Assembly (NCBI GenBank): GCA_965243025.1
Contig: CBDETY010000003.1
Coordinates: 4,128,001-4,192,000, forward strand
Direction of reading: 5' to 3'
Origin: Candidatus Latescibacterota bacterium
GTDB taxonomy: Bacteria > Latescibacterota > UBA2968 > UBA8231
Length of the DNA stretch: 64,000 nt
This document shows, in pieces, positions 29,309 through 38,683 of this stretch (within the stretch, counting starts at the first letter, position 1; every line of letters begins with the position of its first letter). Under the pieces are notes generated by a model, which was not told where the DNA came from, did not search any database, and worked only from the letters and a program-made list of their open reading frames with translations. A program made the translations under genes and the position numbers.

Positions 29309-30142
29309 TCAGGCGAACAAGGGCTGGTCCCCTGCCGCAACGACGCCGGCCTGCCCCGCCCGGCGCATCAGCTCCTCGATCGCCGCGGTCCCTTCGCTTC
29401 CGTAGTCGAGGGTGAAGTCGTTGACGTAGAGGGCGATGTGGGACTCGACGACGGCGCGCTCCATCTCCTGCGCGTGCGCGGCGACGTACTCCCGCGTCTC
29501 CTCCGGATGGGCGTGGGCGTACTCGACGCTCCGGCGCAGGGCCCTGTCTATGGCGGCGACCGCTTCGGCTCCCAGGTTGCGGCGCGCCGCGATGCCGCCC
29601 AGCGGAATCGGGCGGCCGGTCTCCCGCTCCCACCACTCCCCGAGGTCGACGACCTGCCTCAACCCGTAGTCCGGGTAGGTGAAGCGGCTCTCGTGGATGA
29701 TGACGCCGGCGTCGACGCGGCCGTCCCTCACCGCCGGCATGATCTCGTGAAACGGCAGGATTGCCGGCGCTGGCGAATCCGGGGCGAACAGGCGCAGCAG
29801 CAGCGCCGCGGTCGTCAGCGCTCCCGGGACCGCCACTCTCAGGCCGCCGAGCTCCCCCGGGGAGAGCGCCTCCCTCGCCACCACCAGGGGGCCGCAGCCG
29901 CGGCCGAGGGCCCCGCCCGAACGCAGCAGGCAGTACTCCTCCCTCAGGTGGGCGAGGGCGTGGAAGGACACCTTGACGACGTCGAGCTCGCCGCGCCCCG
30001 CCATCCCGTTAAGGGTCTCGATATCCTCGAGGATCTCGCGGAACCCCGGCGCCCCCGGCAGCCTGCCCCGCACGAGGGCGTAGAAGATGAAGGTGTCGTT
30101 GGGGCAGGGGGAATACCCCAGGGAATAGACCGGGGCGCTCAC
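29309..30142 (-). CDS. mqnD: 1,4-dihydroxy-6-naphthoate synthase
   Basis: LGYSPCPNDTFIFYAL, GGALGRGCGPL, GVIIHESRFTY, HIALYVN. Confidence 0.95.
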   Translation of the reverse strand: MSAPVYSLGYSPCPNDTFIFYALVRGRLPGAPGFREILEDIETLNGMAGRGELDVVKVSFHALAHLREEYCLLRSGGALGRGCGPLVVAREALSPGELGGLRVAVPGALTTAALLLRLFAPDSPAPAILPFHEIMPAVRDGRVDAGVIIHESRFTYPDYGLRQVVDLGEWWERETGRPIPLGGIAARRNLGAEAVAAIDRALRRSVEYAHAHPEETREYVAAHAQEMERAVVESHIALYVNDFTLDYGSEGTAAIEELMRRAGQAGVVAAGDQPLFA

Positions 30143-30861
30143 GGCTCGAGTTTCTCCAGGGCCGCCAGGGCCGCGGACTGGGCGGCCCTGGCGGCCAGGG
30201 GGATCTCCCAGGTGTCGATGTCGCGGTCATCGACCCGGTTGCTGATTCCGCGTATCTCGAGGAAGGGGACGCCGTAAATCCTGCTGACGTGGGCGGCGGC
30301 CGCCCCCTCCATGTTCTCGCACAGGGCTTCGAAGCGCAGCCCCCGCTCCCTGCCGAGGCCGGCGCTGCCGCTGCATTCCTGGACCGTGACGAAGGCGCCG
30401 ACAGCCGGCTCGCCCCCCGCCGCAGCGACGGCGGTTCGGGCCTTCTCGACCAGCTCCCGGTCGAGCGGGAAGCGGTTGAAGATCTCGCTTTCTCCGTCGC
30501 GCCAGACCGGGATGCCGATCAGCTCGCCCGGCTGCCAGCCGGCACCGGTGCGCACCCCGATATCGCCGTACACCTCCTCGCTGGCGAGCGCGACGTCCCC
30601 GACGCGCAGGGAGGTGTGCGGATATCCCCCGCCGACCCCGACCTGCAGGACGAGGCCCGGAAGGTCGGCCTGCAGCGCGCAGGTCAGGGCCTGGGCGGTA
30701 TTGACCGCCCCCAGGCCCCCCTCTATCAGGTGGACGTCCCGGCCCCGCAGGCGGCCGCTGCGCCACGGGCGCCCCCCCACTCGATGGCGGACGCCGTCGA
30801 TCTCACCGGCGAGCAGCCTCTGCTCGGCGGCGGTCGCCGTCAACAGGATGGCGTGGTTCAC
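30139..30861 (-). CDS. mqnB: Futalosine hydrolase
   Basis: PNP/UDP fold: GGLGAVNTA, VGVGGGY, CENMEGAAAAH, EIRGISNRV; overlaps mqnD. Confidence 0.9.
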   Translation of the reverse strand: MNHAILLTATAAEQRLLAGEIDGVRHRVGGRPWRSGRLRGRDVHLIEGGLGAVNTAQALTCALQADLPGLVLQVGVGGGYPHTSLRVGDVALASEEVYGDIGVRTGAGWQPGELIGIPVWRDGESEIFNRFPLDRELVEKARTAVAAAGGEPAVGAFVTVQECSGSAGLGRERGLRFEALCENMEGAAAAHVSRIYGVPFLEIRGISNRVDDRDIDTWEIPLAARAAQSAALAALEKLEP

Positions 30862-31156
30862 TTTCTTTTTCCGACCGGGATCATGAGTAAGGGCGAGGGG
30901 TGAAGGAACCCCGGGAAACCGGTGAGTTCTCCGGCGCGCGGCAACGCCGCGGCGGAGAGGCAATAAGCCGGGCGCCGGCGCGGTTCGTCAAGCCTGGGAA
31001 GCCCCTTCTGAACCGACCGATCCCGGCTTTCGGAGGCTGCCGGCGCGGGTTCCGGGACTCCTTCCGAACGCTGTCCGGGATGCTTGTGCAGCCAGTTGCC
31101 GCCGCCCTATCTTCGGCCCCCGATCCCACAGCACACATACCCAGGAGCGGTTGCGG

Positions 31157-32245
31157 ATGCCCGGACTGTACGGACGCAGCTACACGAAACAGCAGATTCT
31201 CGACCTCGTCGGCGACATGAGCCAGGTGGCCGGCCTGCGGCGGGCCGAGCTCGTCGAAGGAAACGAACGCGGCGCCGACCTGATCGAAATTTCGAACGCC
31301 TCGGGGCTCAGCTTCACCCTGCTTCCCGGGCGCGCCCTCGATATCGCCTCGGCGTCGTACAAGGGGATGTCGCTCTGTTTCCGCTCGAAGACCGGGGACG
31401 TCGGCCCGGCGTTCTACGAGCCGGATGGCTTCAACTGGATGCGCGGTTCCTACCTCGGGCTGTTGACGACCTGCGGGTTGACCTTCGTGGGCCACCCGGA
31501 AACCGACCCTGAAGCCGAGAACGAGGAGCTCGGCCTGCACGGCCGCCTTTCCTACATCCCGGCCAAGCAGGTGGTGGCCGGCGGTTCGTGGGAGGGTGAG
31601 GACTACGTCGTTCGCGCCGGCGGCAGGATGCGCGAGACCATCATGTTCGGGCACTGCCTGGAAATGTCCCGGGAGGTGTCGACCGTGCTCGGAGAGAAGT
31701 CGATCCGCATACACGACCGCGTCGAGAACCTGGGAGTGGACCCGGCCCCCCTGATGGTCGTCTACCACACCAATCCAGGCTGGCCGCTGCTCGACGCCGG
31801 CACGCGCCTGGTCCTGCATTCCCGCCTGAGCACCGAGTGGTTGAACGACCAGGAGGTCGCGCCTGAGGATTACTCCCTGGCCACGGAGCCGAAGGCGGAG
31901 ATGCACGACGACGTGTACGTTCACCGGCCGCTTGCGGACAGCGGCGGCGACGTCCATGTCGGCCTGATCAACGAGGGCCTGGAGCTGGGGTTGTACTGGA
32001 AGTTCCCGCAGCGGGAAATTCCGATCGTCAACCACTGGCAGCACTTCCACCGCGGCACCTTCGTCACCGGCATCGAGCCGGGCAACTGCAGCGTCCTCGG
32101 GCGCGCCTGGAACAGGAAGCACCAGACCCTGGAGCATATCGAGCCCGGGGCGGTGCGCGACTTTCACATCGAGATCGGAGTCCTCGACGGCATGCGGGAA
32201 ATCGAGGCTTTCGAGCGCGCGGTGGCTGAGGGGGTCCAGGGGTAA
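31157..32245 (+). CDS. Aldose 1-epimerase-like protein (DUF4432)
   Basis: VGDMSQVAG, PGRALDI, GLLTTCG, GLHGRLS, YHTNPGWPL, TGIEPGN. Confidence 0.85.
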   Translation: MPGLYGRSYTKQQILDLVGDMSQVAGLRRAELVEGNERGADLIEISNASGLSFTLLPGRALDIASASYKGMSLCFRSKTGDVGPAFYEPDGFNWMRGSYLGLLTTCGLTFVGHPETDPEAENEELGLHGRLSYIPAKQVVAGGSWEGEDYVVRAGGRMRETIMFGHCLEMSREVSTVLGEKSIRIHDRVENLGVDPAPLMVVYHTNPGWPLLDAGTRLVLHSRLSTEWLNDQEVAPEDYSLATEPKAEMHDDVYVHRPLADSGGDVHVGLINEGLELGLYWKFPQREIPIVNHWQHFHRGTFVTGIEPGNCSVLGRAWNRKHQTLEHIEPGAVRDFHIEIGVLDGMREIEAFERAVAEGVQG

Positions 32246-32249
32246 GCGG

Positions 32250-33482
32250 TCAGCCGGACCAGGTGATCCGGTAGATCAGGCCGGCCTGGTCGTCGGAGAG
32301 CAGCAGCGAGCCGTCGGGCATGACGAGGAGGTCGACCGGCCTCCCCCAGTTCGACTCCCCCTGCAGCCAGCCCTCCGCGAAAGGCTCGTAGGAAGCCCCG
32401 CCGCCGGCGTCGAGGCGCACCAGGGTGACGCGGTAGCCGATCTTGTTGCTGCGGTTCCAGGAGCCGTGCTCGGCGATGAAGATCTGGTTGCGGTACTCCT
32501 GCGGGAACATGTCCCCTGTATAGAAGCGCATTCCGAGGGCGGCCACGTGCGGGCCGAGCTCCCGGACCGGAGGGACGAACTCGCCGCAGGGGCGCCGGTC
32601 TCCGAACTGCGGATCGGCGATGCCGGCGCCGTGGCAGTAGGGATAGCCGAAGTGCTGCCCCGATGCGCTCAGCCGGTTCAGCTCGTCCGGCGGCTCATCG
32701 TCCCCCATCCAGTCCCTGCCGTTTTCCGTGAACCACAGTTCCCCCGTCTGCGGGTGCCAGTCGAAGCCGACGGAGTTGCGCACCCCCCGCGCCACGACTT
32801 CGAAGCCCCCGGTGGAGGGATCGAGCTTTCCGATCGACGCGTAGGGATCTTCGGAGAGGCATATGTTGCAAGGCGCGCCGACCGGCACGTACAGCATGCC
32901 GTCCGGGCCGAAGCGGATGAACTTCCAGCCGTGGGCCCTGTCGGTCGGGAACGCGTCGCTGACGATCTCCGGCTGCGGCGGGTCGTCGAGGCGCTCCTCG
33001 ATGCCGCGGTAACGCAGGATGCGGCTTATTTCGGCAACGTAGAGATCCCCGTCCCTGAAGGCGACGCCGTTCGGCGTGTTCAGGCCGCGGGCGATGGTGA
33101 CCACCCGCTCCGCCTTGTGGTCGCCGTCCTCGTCGCGCAGGGCGAAGACCACGCCGCGGCCGCCGAACTGGGTGCCGACGAACAGGGTGCCGCCGCTGCC
33201 CAGGCTCAGGGAGCGGGCGCCGCGAACCTCCTCGGCGTACACGCGGATGCGGAACCCTTGCGGAAGCTCGATCTGCTTCAGCCGAGGGTCTCCTGGGAGA
33301 TCCTCTCCAACTCCCTCCTCATCCGCCCCGGACGCCGCTTCTTCTGCCGCGGTCCGCACCGCGGCGACGACCTGGGCGGCATGGGGCCGCTCGCTTCCCG
33401 AGCAGCCTGCGGCGAGCCCTCCCAGCAGGAAGCAGATCAGCGCCTGCTGCCTCCATGCGGCACCGCTGGTTCGCTTACACAT
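32250..33482 (-). CDS. Glucose/sorbosone dehydrogenase family beta-propeller, probable lipoprotein
   Basis: LAAGC lipobox, HGWKFIRFGPDG, GAPCNIC, GVRNSVGFDW, HGSWNRS, GRPVD. Confidence 0.9.
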   Translation of the reverse strand: MCKRTSGAAWRQQALICFLLGGLAAGCSGSERPHAAQVVAAVRTAAEEAASGADEEGVGEDLPGDPRLKQIELPQGFRIRVYAEEVRGARSLSLGSGGTLFVGTQFGGRGVVFALRDEDGDHKAERVVTIARGLNTPNGVAFRDGDLYVAEISRILRYRGIEERLDDPPQPEIVSDAFPTDRAHGWKFIRFGPDGMLYVPVGAPCNICLSEDPYASIGKLDPSTGGFEVVARGVRNSVGFDWHPQTGELWFTENGRDWMGDDEPPDELNRLSASGQHFGYPYCHGAGIADPQFGDRRPCGEFVPPVRELGPHVAALGMRFYTGDMFPQEYRNQIFIAEHGSWNRSNKIGYRVTLVRLDAGGGASYEPFAEGWLQGESNWGRPVDLLVMPDGSLLLSDDQAGLIYRITWSG

Positions 33483-34677
33483 CACTCCTCTCCTTCTCTC
33501 GCGCTCGGGCCCCCCCCTGCTCCCTGTCGAGGATCTCCCGGTAGCAGCGCTGCAGCCGCCTCGAGGTGGCGGTCTCGGTGTATTTGCCGAGCACCCGCTG
33601 CTGCGCCGCCCGTCCCATCCGCCGCCTCAGCCCGCCGTCCTGCAGCAGGCGCTCGACGCCAACGAGGAAGCGGTCGACGTCCCGCAGCGGGAACAGCAGC
33701 CCGGTGACTCCGTCTTCGACCACCTCACGGGTGCCCCGTATGTCCGTCGCCACCCCCGGAAGCCCCATGGCCGCGGCCTCCATCAGCGCCCGGGGGATCC
33801 CCTCGCGGTGGGAGGGCAGAACGGCGACATCCATCGCCAGGTAGAGCTCGGGCATGTCGCGGCGCCGGTCGAGGAGCACGCATTTCCCGTCGAGACCGTG
33901 CTGCCGCGCCAGGAGGCCGGGATCGACGGCGTCCGACTGCTCCGGTTCGGCGATCCCGACGTTTAGGAAGCGCACATCCTCCCGCGCCCTTGCGAGCCTG
34001 CCGGCCATCTCGAAGAACTCCCTGTACCCCTTCTCCTCCACGAGGCGCCCGACCATGCCGACGACGAGGTCGGCCTCTCCCAGCCCAAGCTCCGCCCGCT
34101 TCCCGCGGCGCGCGTCCGGGTACAGCCGCGGGTCGAAGCGGGTCTCGTCGATGCCGTTCCCCTCCAGATGCAGCCTGTCCCCGGCCTTGAACCTGTGGTC
34201 GCGGGCGTAGGCGAAATCCTCTTCGCTCTGGAACAGCAAATGGTCGCACCAGGCCGCGGTCCAGCGCTCGGCGCCGAGGGCCATGCCCCGGCGCATTCCC
34301 GTCGCGTTCTCGTTGAAGAGGAAACCGTGCACGGTATGGAGGACGACCGGCCGGCGCGCCAGTTTCCCGGCGACCGGGCCGAGCAGGCCGCCCTTGGGAT
34401 TGTGGGAGTGCACGATGTCGTAACCTCCCCGGCGGATGACCCTGTACATCGCCAGGGCGCAGCGCGCGTCCGTGAGCGGGGCGATTTCACGCGCGAACGG
34501 AACGTGAATGACCTCCAGCCCCTGTTTTCTCAGTTCTTCCCCCCAGGTTCCCTCGGGAGAGCGGCCGCAGATTACGCTGACCTCGTACCCGGCGTCGCGC
34601 AGGTGGAGGAGCCGGGTCCGCATCATAAGGCAGGCGATGCGGTCCGTCGGGGTTATGTGGGCGACCCGTACGGCCAT
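33475..34677 (-). CDS. GT4 (GT-B) glycosyltransferase
   Basis: HSHNPKGGLLG, VGRLVEEKG, LPSHREGIPRALMEAAAMGLP. Confidence 0.92.
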   Translation of the reverse strand: MAVRVAHITPTDRIACLMMRTRLLHLRDAGYEVSVICGRSPEGTWGEELRKQGLEVIHVPFAREIAPLTDARCALAMYRVIRRGGYDIVHSHNPKGGLLGPVAGKLARRPVVLHTVHGFLFNENATGMRRGMALGAERWTAAWCDHLLFQSEEDFAYARDHRFKAGDRLHLEGNGIDETRFDPRLYPDARRGKRAELGLGEADLVVGMVGRLVEEKGYREFFEMAGRLARAREDVRFLNVGIAEPEQSDAVDPGLLARQHGLDGKCVLLDRRRDMPELYLAMDVAVLPSHREGIPRALMEAAAMGLPGVATDIRGTREVVEDGVTGLLFPLRDVDRFLVGVERLLQDGGLRRRMGRAAQQRVLGKYTETATSRRLQRCYREILDREQGGARAREKERSDV

Positions 34678-34682
34678 CTCCC

Positions 34683-35519
34683 CTACAGTCCCGCCCGCGA
34701 CCGGACCTTGCGCAGCGACGCTATCGTCTCGGCGCAGGCCTCCCCGGGGGGAAGACTCCCGACCCGCTCGCTGAATGGCTCAGCCATCACGGGGCCGTCG
34801 TACCCGATTTCGTCCAGGGCCCCGAGAAAGGCGGCGATGTCGATGACGCCGGTTTCCCCCGGCATGGCGCGGACGTGGTCTACCTGGGCTTCAACCGGAA
34901 GATCGGGGGCATCGTTGACGTGCACGTCGACGACCGTCTCCGCGGTCAGGGCGCCCAGGTCCGCCGCGGTTTCGCGGGCGGTGTGCCAGTGCCACGAGTC
35001 GGCGAGCAGACCGGCGTTGACGCCGACCGCTTCGCACAGCTCGAGGGTCTGGGCCATCGTGTGCACGAAGGGGTGCTTCCTGCCGGCCCTCGTGGTGTCG
35101 GGGGCGACGTACTCGAGACCGAAGCGGATGCCGCGGTCGGCGAGAATCGCCGCCGCCGGCTTCAGGCGGTCGCGGTGAAAGGCGAAGTTGTCGCCGAACG
35201 GCAGTTCGTCCGACCAGGGAAGGAGCCAGGTCGCCGTCCGCTGCACCCCGAGCTGTTCGGCCGCGGCGGCCAGCTCCGGCAGGCGCTCCATGCCGCTTTC
35301 GTACTCCGGGTCGCCGCCGCGGAAGTCGACGGGAAACCCGAAAGCCGAAAGCCGCACGCCCGTCTCCGCGCTCAGGTCGCGCACCCGGCCGGCACCGAGA
35401 CCGGCCGCCTCGGCGATGTTGAAGTGCAGGCCGTCGAACCCGTGCGCGGCCGCCAGCCGCAGCCCCTCCTCGAGGGTGGCGGTCACGCCGATGGCGCCGG
35501 GGCTCAGGGAGGTGAACAT
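34683..35519 (-). CDS. Sugar phosphate isomerase/epimerase family protein
   Basis: FGLEYV, LADSWHW, VHVNDAP, MPGETGVID, GYDGPVMAEPF. Confidence 0.88.
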   Translation of the reverse strand: MFTSLSPGAIGVTATLEEGLRLAAAHGFDGLHFNIAEAAGLGAGRVRDLSAETGVRLSAFGFPVDFRGGDPEYESGMERLPELAAAAEQLGVQRTATWLLPWSDELPFGDNFAFHRDRLKPAAAILADRGIRFGLEYVAPDTTRAGRKHPFVHTMAQTLELCEAVGVNAGLLADSWHWHTARETAADLGALTAETVVDVHVNDAPDLPVEAQVDHVRAMPGETGVIDIAAFLGALDEIGYDGPVMAEPFSERVGSLPPGEACAETIASLRKVRSRAGL

Positions 35520-36487
35520 GGTCGCGCCGCGGCGTTGTTCCGCGGCTCCCCCGCGAGGAAGGCGAGCACGTTGTCGACCGCCCCTTCGTTCAGCAGCTCG
35601 GCGCCCTCGGGAGTCTGGTCGGCCGCGTGGGGGGTGAAGACCACCTGCTCGCACTTCTTGACCGGGTGGTCGGCGACGAACGGCTCCTCCTCGAAGACAT
35701 CGAGCCCGGCGCCGCCGAGGTGGCCGGAGGCGAGGACCTCGGCGAGGGCGTCGAGATCGAGCACGGCGCCGCGCGCCCCGTTGAGGACCACGGCGTCCGC
35801 TTTCATCGCCCGCAACTCATCCCTGCCGATCAGTCCGCGCGTGTCGTCGCTGAGAGCGGTATGGATGCTGACGTAGTCGGCGCTCTCGAGCAGCTCCGGC
35901 ATCTCGACGAAGCGGACTCCGAGTTTCCCGGCCCGTTCCGGGGAAGGGTTGAAGGTCCAGGCGATCACCTCCATTCCGACGGCGTTGCCCAGGCGCGCCA
36001 TCTCCGCGCCGATGTTCCCGGTGCCGACGATTCCGAGCACCTTCCCCCGGACCGTGAGGTTCATCCGCCGCGTCCAGCGGTTTTCGGCGATCTCCCTCGT
36101 CTGAAACGCCGCCCGCTTGGCCACGGTGAACATCAGCCCGAACATGTGCTCGGCCACGACCGGGGCGGTGCGGCCCGGCTGGTTCGAGACCACGATGTCG
36201 AGTTCCCGGGCGCTGTCGAGATCGATCATGTCCGTCCCGATGGAGCAGGTCGCGATCATCTTCAGCGAGTGCAGGGCGCGCAGCTCGGTCTCGCGCCAGT
36301 CGACGACGCCGCGCGTGTTGATGATGATGTCGAAGCCGTCGGCGCGGGCGATCTTCTCCTCCGACGATCCGGGGCGGTTGTCGTACAGGGTCAGGTCTCC
36401 GTGCGGTTCGAGGCGGGCAAGTTGCGGCGATCCGGCGATCTGCGGGGGGTCGTCGCCGGGGACCAGGATTTTCACGCGATCGGTCAT
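35504..36487 (-). CDS. D-isomer-specific 2-hydroxyacid dehydrogenase
   Basis: GIVGTGNIG, LNGARGAV, GAGLDVFEEEP, TPHAA. Confidence 0.92.
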   Translation of the reverse strand: MTDRVKILVPGDDPPQIAGSPQLARLEPHGDLTLYDNRPGSSEEKIARADGFDIIINTRGVVDWRETELRALHSLKMIATCSIGTDMIDLDSARELDIVVSNQPGRTAPVVAEHMFGLMFTVAKRAAFQTREIAENRWTRRMNLTVRGKVLGIVGTGNIGAEMARLGNAVGMEVIAWTFNPSPERAGKLGVRFVEMPELLESADYVSIHTALSDDTRGLIGRDELRAMKADAVVLNGARGAVLDLDALAEVLASGHLGGAGLDVFEEEPFVADHPVKKCEQVVFTPHAADQTPEGAELLNEGAVDNVLAFLAGEPRNNAAARPCSPP

Positions 36488-36604
36488 GTCAGAAGGGCTT
36501 TCCGCTGTCGATGTGATCGATTGATGATGCGCAGGGGCTCCAATATATTGCACGCCCTTCGCAGTTGACACCGGGAATTCAGCGTTTCACCGGAGGACGC
36601 GGAA

Positions 36605-37630
36605 GTGCCGAGGGAGTTGTACGCTCCCGCGAGGGAGCAGGTCGCATTCAGGGAGTTCGAGAGCGAGGCGCCGGGGCCCGGGCAGGTTCGCGTCCGCAGT
36701 CTGTTCGGGGCCGCCAAGCACGGCACGGAGATGTCGATTTTCAAGGGGTACGGCAGCGGGCGCGGCTCCTACGACCGCGATCTCCGGATATTCCTGCCCG
36801 CCGGCGGCAGGGAGCCTTATCCCTGCCCTCTCGGCAACATGTGCGTCGGCGAGGTGGCGGAGCTCGGTCCGGGAACGACGCGCCTCGGCCTCGGCGACCG
36901 CGTCTTCTCCCACGGGCCGTTCCGCGAGGAGCACTGCTGGCCGGAGACGGTTCGCCGGCTTCCCGACTGCCTGCCCTGGCAGGCGGCGGTCTGCCTCGAC
37001 CCCGCCGACTTCGCCCTCGGCGCCGTGCGCGACGGCCATGTCCGCCTCGGCGACGCCGTGGCCGTCTTCGGAATGGGGGCGATCGGGCTGATGGTCGTGC
37101 AGTTCGCCCTCCTCGCCGGGGCTCACCCGGTAATCGCCGTCGACCCCCTCGAGCTGCGGCGCTCGGTCGCCCTCGCCTGCGGCGCCGACGCCGCCCTCGA
37201 CCCGGCCGCCTGCGACCCCGGCCTCGAAATCGGGAAGCTGACGGGACAGCGGGGAGCCGACGTCTGCATCGATTACAGCGGCCATCACTCCGGTCTGCAG
37301 GGGGCGCTGCGCAGCGTCGCCTACAACGGAACCGTCGTCGCCGGCGCCTTCCCCGGACCGTATGCCGCCGGCCTCGACCTCGGCGCCGAAGCGCACATGA
37401 ACCGGCCGCGGCTCGTTTTCAGCCGCTCCAACAGCGATCCGAACCCCGACCACCCCAACTGGAACCACGACCGCCTGATCGACGAGGCCTGGCGGCTGCT
37501 GGCCTCCGGCCGGCTCGAGACCGAGGCCGTCGTGCAGCCAGTGGTTCCCTTCGACGACCTGGCCGGGGAGTATCCGAAGATCGCCACCGACCCCGGGGCC
37601 AACGTAAAGCTCGGCGCGTCGTTCGCCTGA
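36605..37630 (+). CDS. MDR/zinc-binding alcohol dehydrogenase family protein
   Basis: KHGTE, VAVFGMGAIG, GADVCIDYSG. Confidence 0.85.
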   Translation: MPRELYAPAREQVAFREFESEAPGPGQVRVRSLFGAAKHGTEMSIFKGYGSGRGSYDRDLRIFLPAGGREPYPCPLGNMCVGEVAELGPGTTRLGLGDRVFSHGPFREEHCWPETVRRLPDCLPWQAAVCLDPADFALGAVRDGHVRLGDAVAVFGMGAIGLMVVQFALLAGAHPVIAVDPLELRRSVALACGADAALDPAACDPGLEIGKLTGQRGADVCIDYSGHHSGLQGALRSVAYNGTVVAGAFPGPYAAGLDLGAEAHMNRPRLVFSRSNSDPNPDHPNWNHDRLIDEAWRLLASGRLETEAVVQPVVPFDDLAGEYPKIATDPGANVKLGASFA

Positions 37631-37740
37631 GGGCTTTCAAGGACGACTACCCGGGCTCCGGAAGCGGCCATGCTCCCGGGGCGGCCGGTCGCTTCCCCGG
37701 CCCCCCCGCAAACTTCCTCAAACCATCGGCAGGACCGGGA

Positions 37741-38604
37741 ATGCAACTCCTGTTCAACACGATCATGCTGGAGCCGAACCGGTGGACGGCCCCCGGCAGG
37801 CTGACGCGGCCCCTCGAAGCCCTGCTCGAGCCGATTCTCCAGGCCGGCTTCGGCGACCTGGAAATCTGGCAGTACCACATCTCCGGTCTGAGCCGCTCCG
37901 GGGTGGAGGGGCTGGCGGGCAGGATGCGGGATCTCGGCATGCGCGCGGCCGCCGCCGGCGCCTATCCGCGGCTGCATCTTTCCGGGGGCGAAGCACAGGC
38001 GGAGCAGCGGCTGCTCGATACCGTCGCCGACTGCGCCGCCCTGCTCGGGTGCACGACCCTGAAGATCTTTCCCGGCCGCGTCGCCAGCGCCGACGCCGAC
38101 GCCGGGGTGCGCCGGTTGTCGCTGGAGCGCATAAGGCGGCTCGCCGACCGCCTCGGGGAACGCGGAATCGCCCTCACCCTGGAGACTCACGGCGGCACTT
38201 TGTGCGACACCCTCGACGCCACCTGCCGCCTGCTGGAGGAGCTGGGCTCCTGCGACAACGCCGGCATCTGTCTGCAGCCCTTCCCCGGGGACGACACCGG
38301 GAAGGCGGTCGCAGCCTTCGACCGCCTGTCCGACCGCGTTCGCCACCTGCACCTGCAGAACCTGTCGGACGCCGGCGACTTCTGCATGCTCGAGGAGGGT
38401 ACCTGGATCGACTACCGCGCCTTCCTTTCACACGTCCGGGACGCCGCCTTCGAAGGCATCGCCTGCCTCGAGTTCACCGAGGGCATCGCTCCCCCCGGGG
38501 GCGCTCCCCTCGATCCGGGGGAAGTCCTGGGCAATGCGCGCCGCGATCGCGACTTCGTCCTCGAGATCTGGGGGAGAGGCAGCTCCCCGGGGACCGCGAT
38601 TTGA
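37741..38604 (+). CDS. Sugar phosphate isomerase/epimerase family protein
   Basis: LEIWQYH, LETHGGTLCD, HLHLQN, CLEF. Confidence 0.8.
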   Translation: MQLLFNTIMLEPNRWTAPGRLTRPLEALLEPILQAGFGDLEIWQYHISGLSRSGVEGLAGRMRDLGMRAAAAGAYPRLHLSGGEAQAEQRLLDTVADCAALLGCTTLKIFPGRVASADADAGVRRLSLERIRRLADRLGERGIALTLETHGGTLCDTLDATCRLLEELGSCDNAGICLQPFPGDDTGKAVAAFDRLSDRVRHLHLQNLSDAGDFCMLEEGTWIDYRAFLSHVRDAAFEGIACLEFTEGIAPPGGAPLDPGEVLGNARRDRDFVLEIWGRGSSPGTAI

Positions 38605-38683
38605 CTTTGATTCGGCGAAGGAATTCATAATTTCATGGTTTAATCACAAGTTCAGGTTTCCGCGCACATGACGGGAGACCGGC

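Noticed and set aside
31088-31101. GCAGCCAGTTGCCG resembling the 3' end of a c-di-GMP-I riboswitch
   Set aside because: No upstream GGCAAAC...GCAAAGC core.
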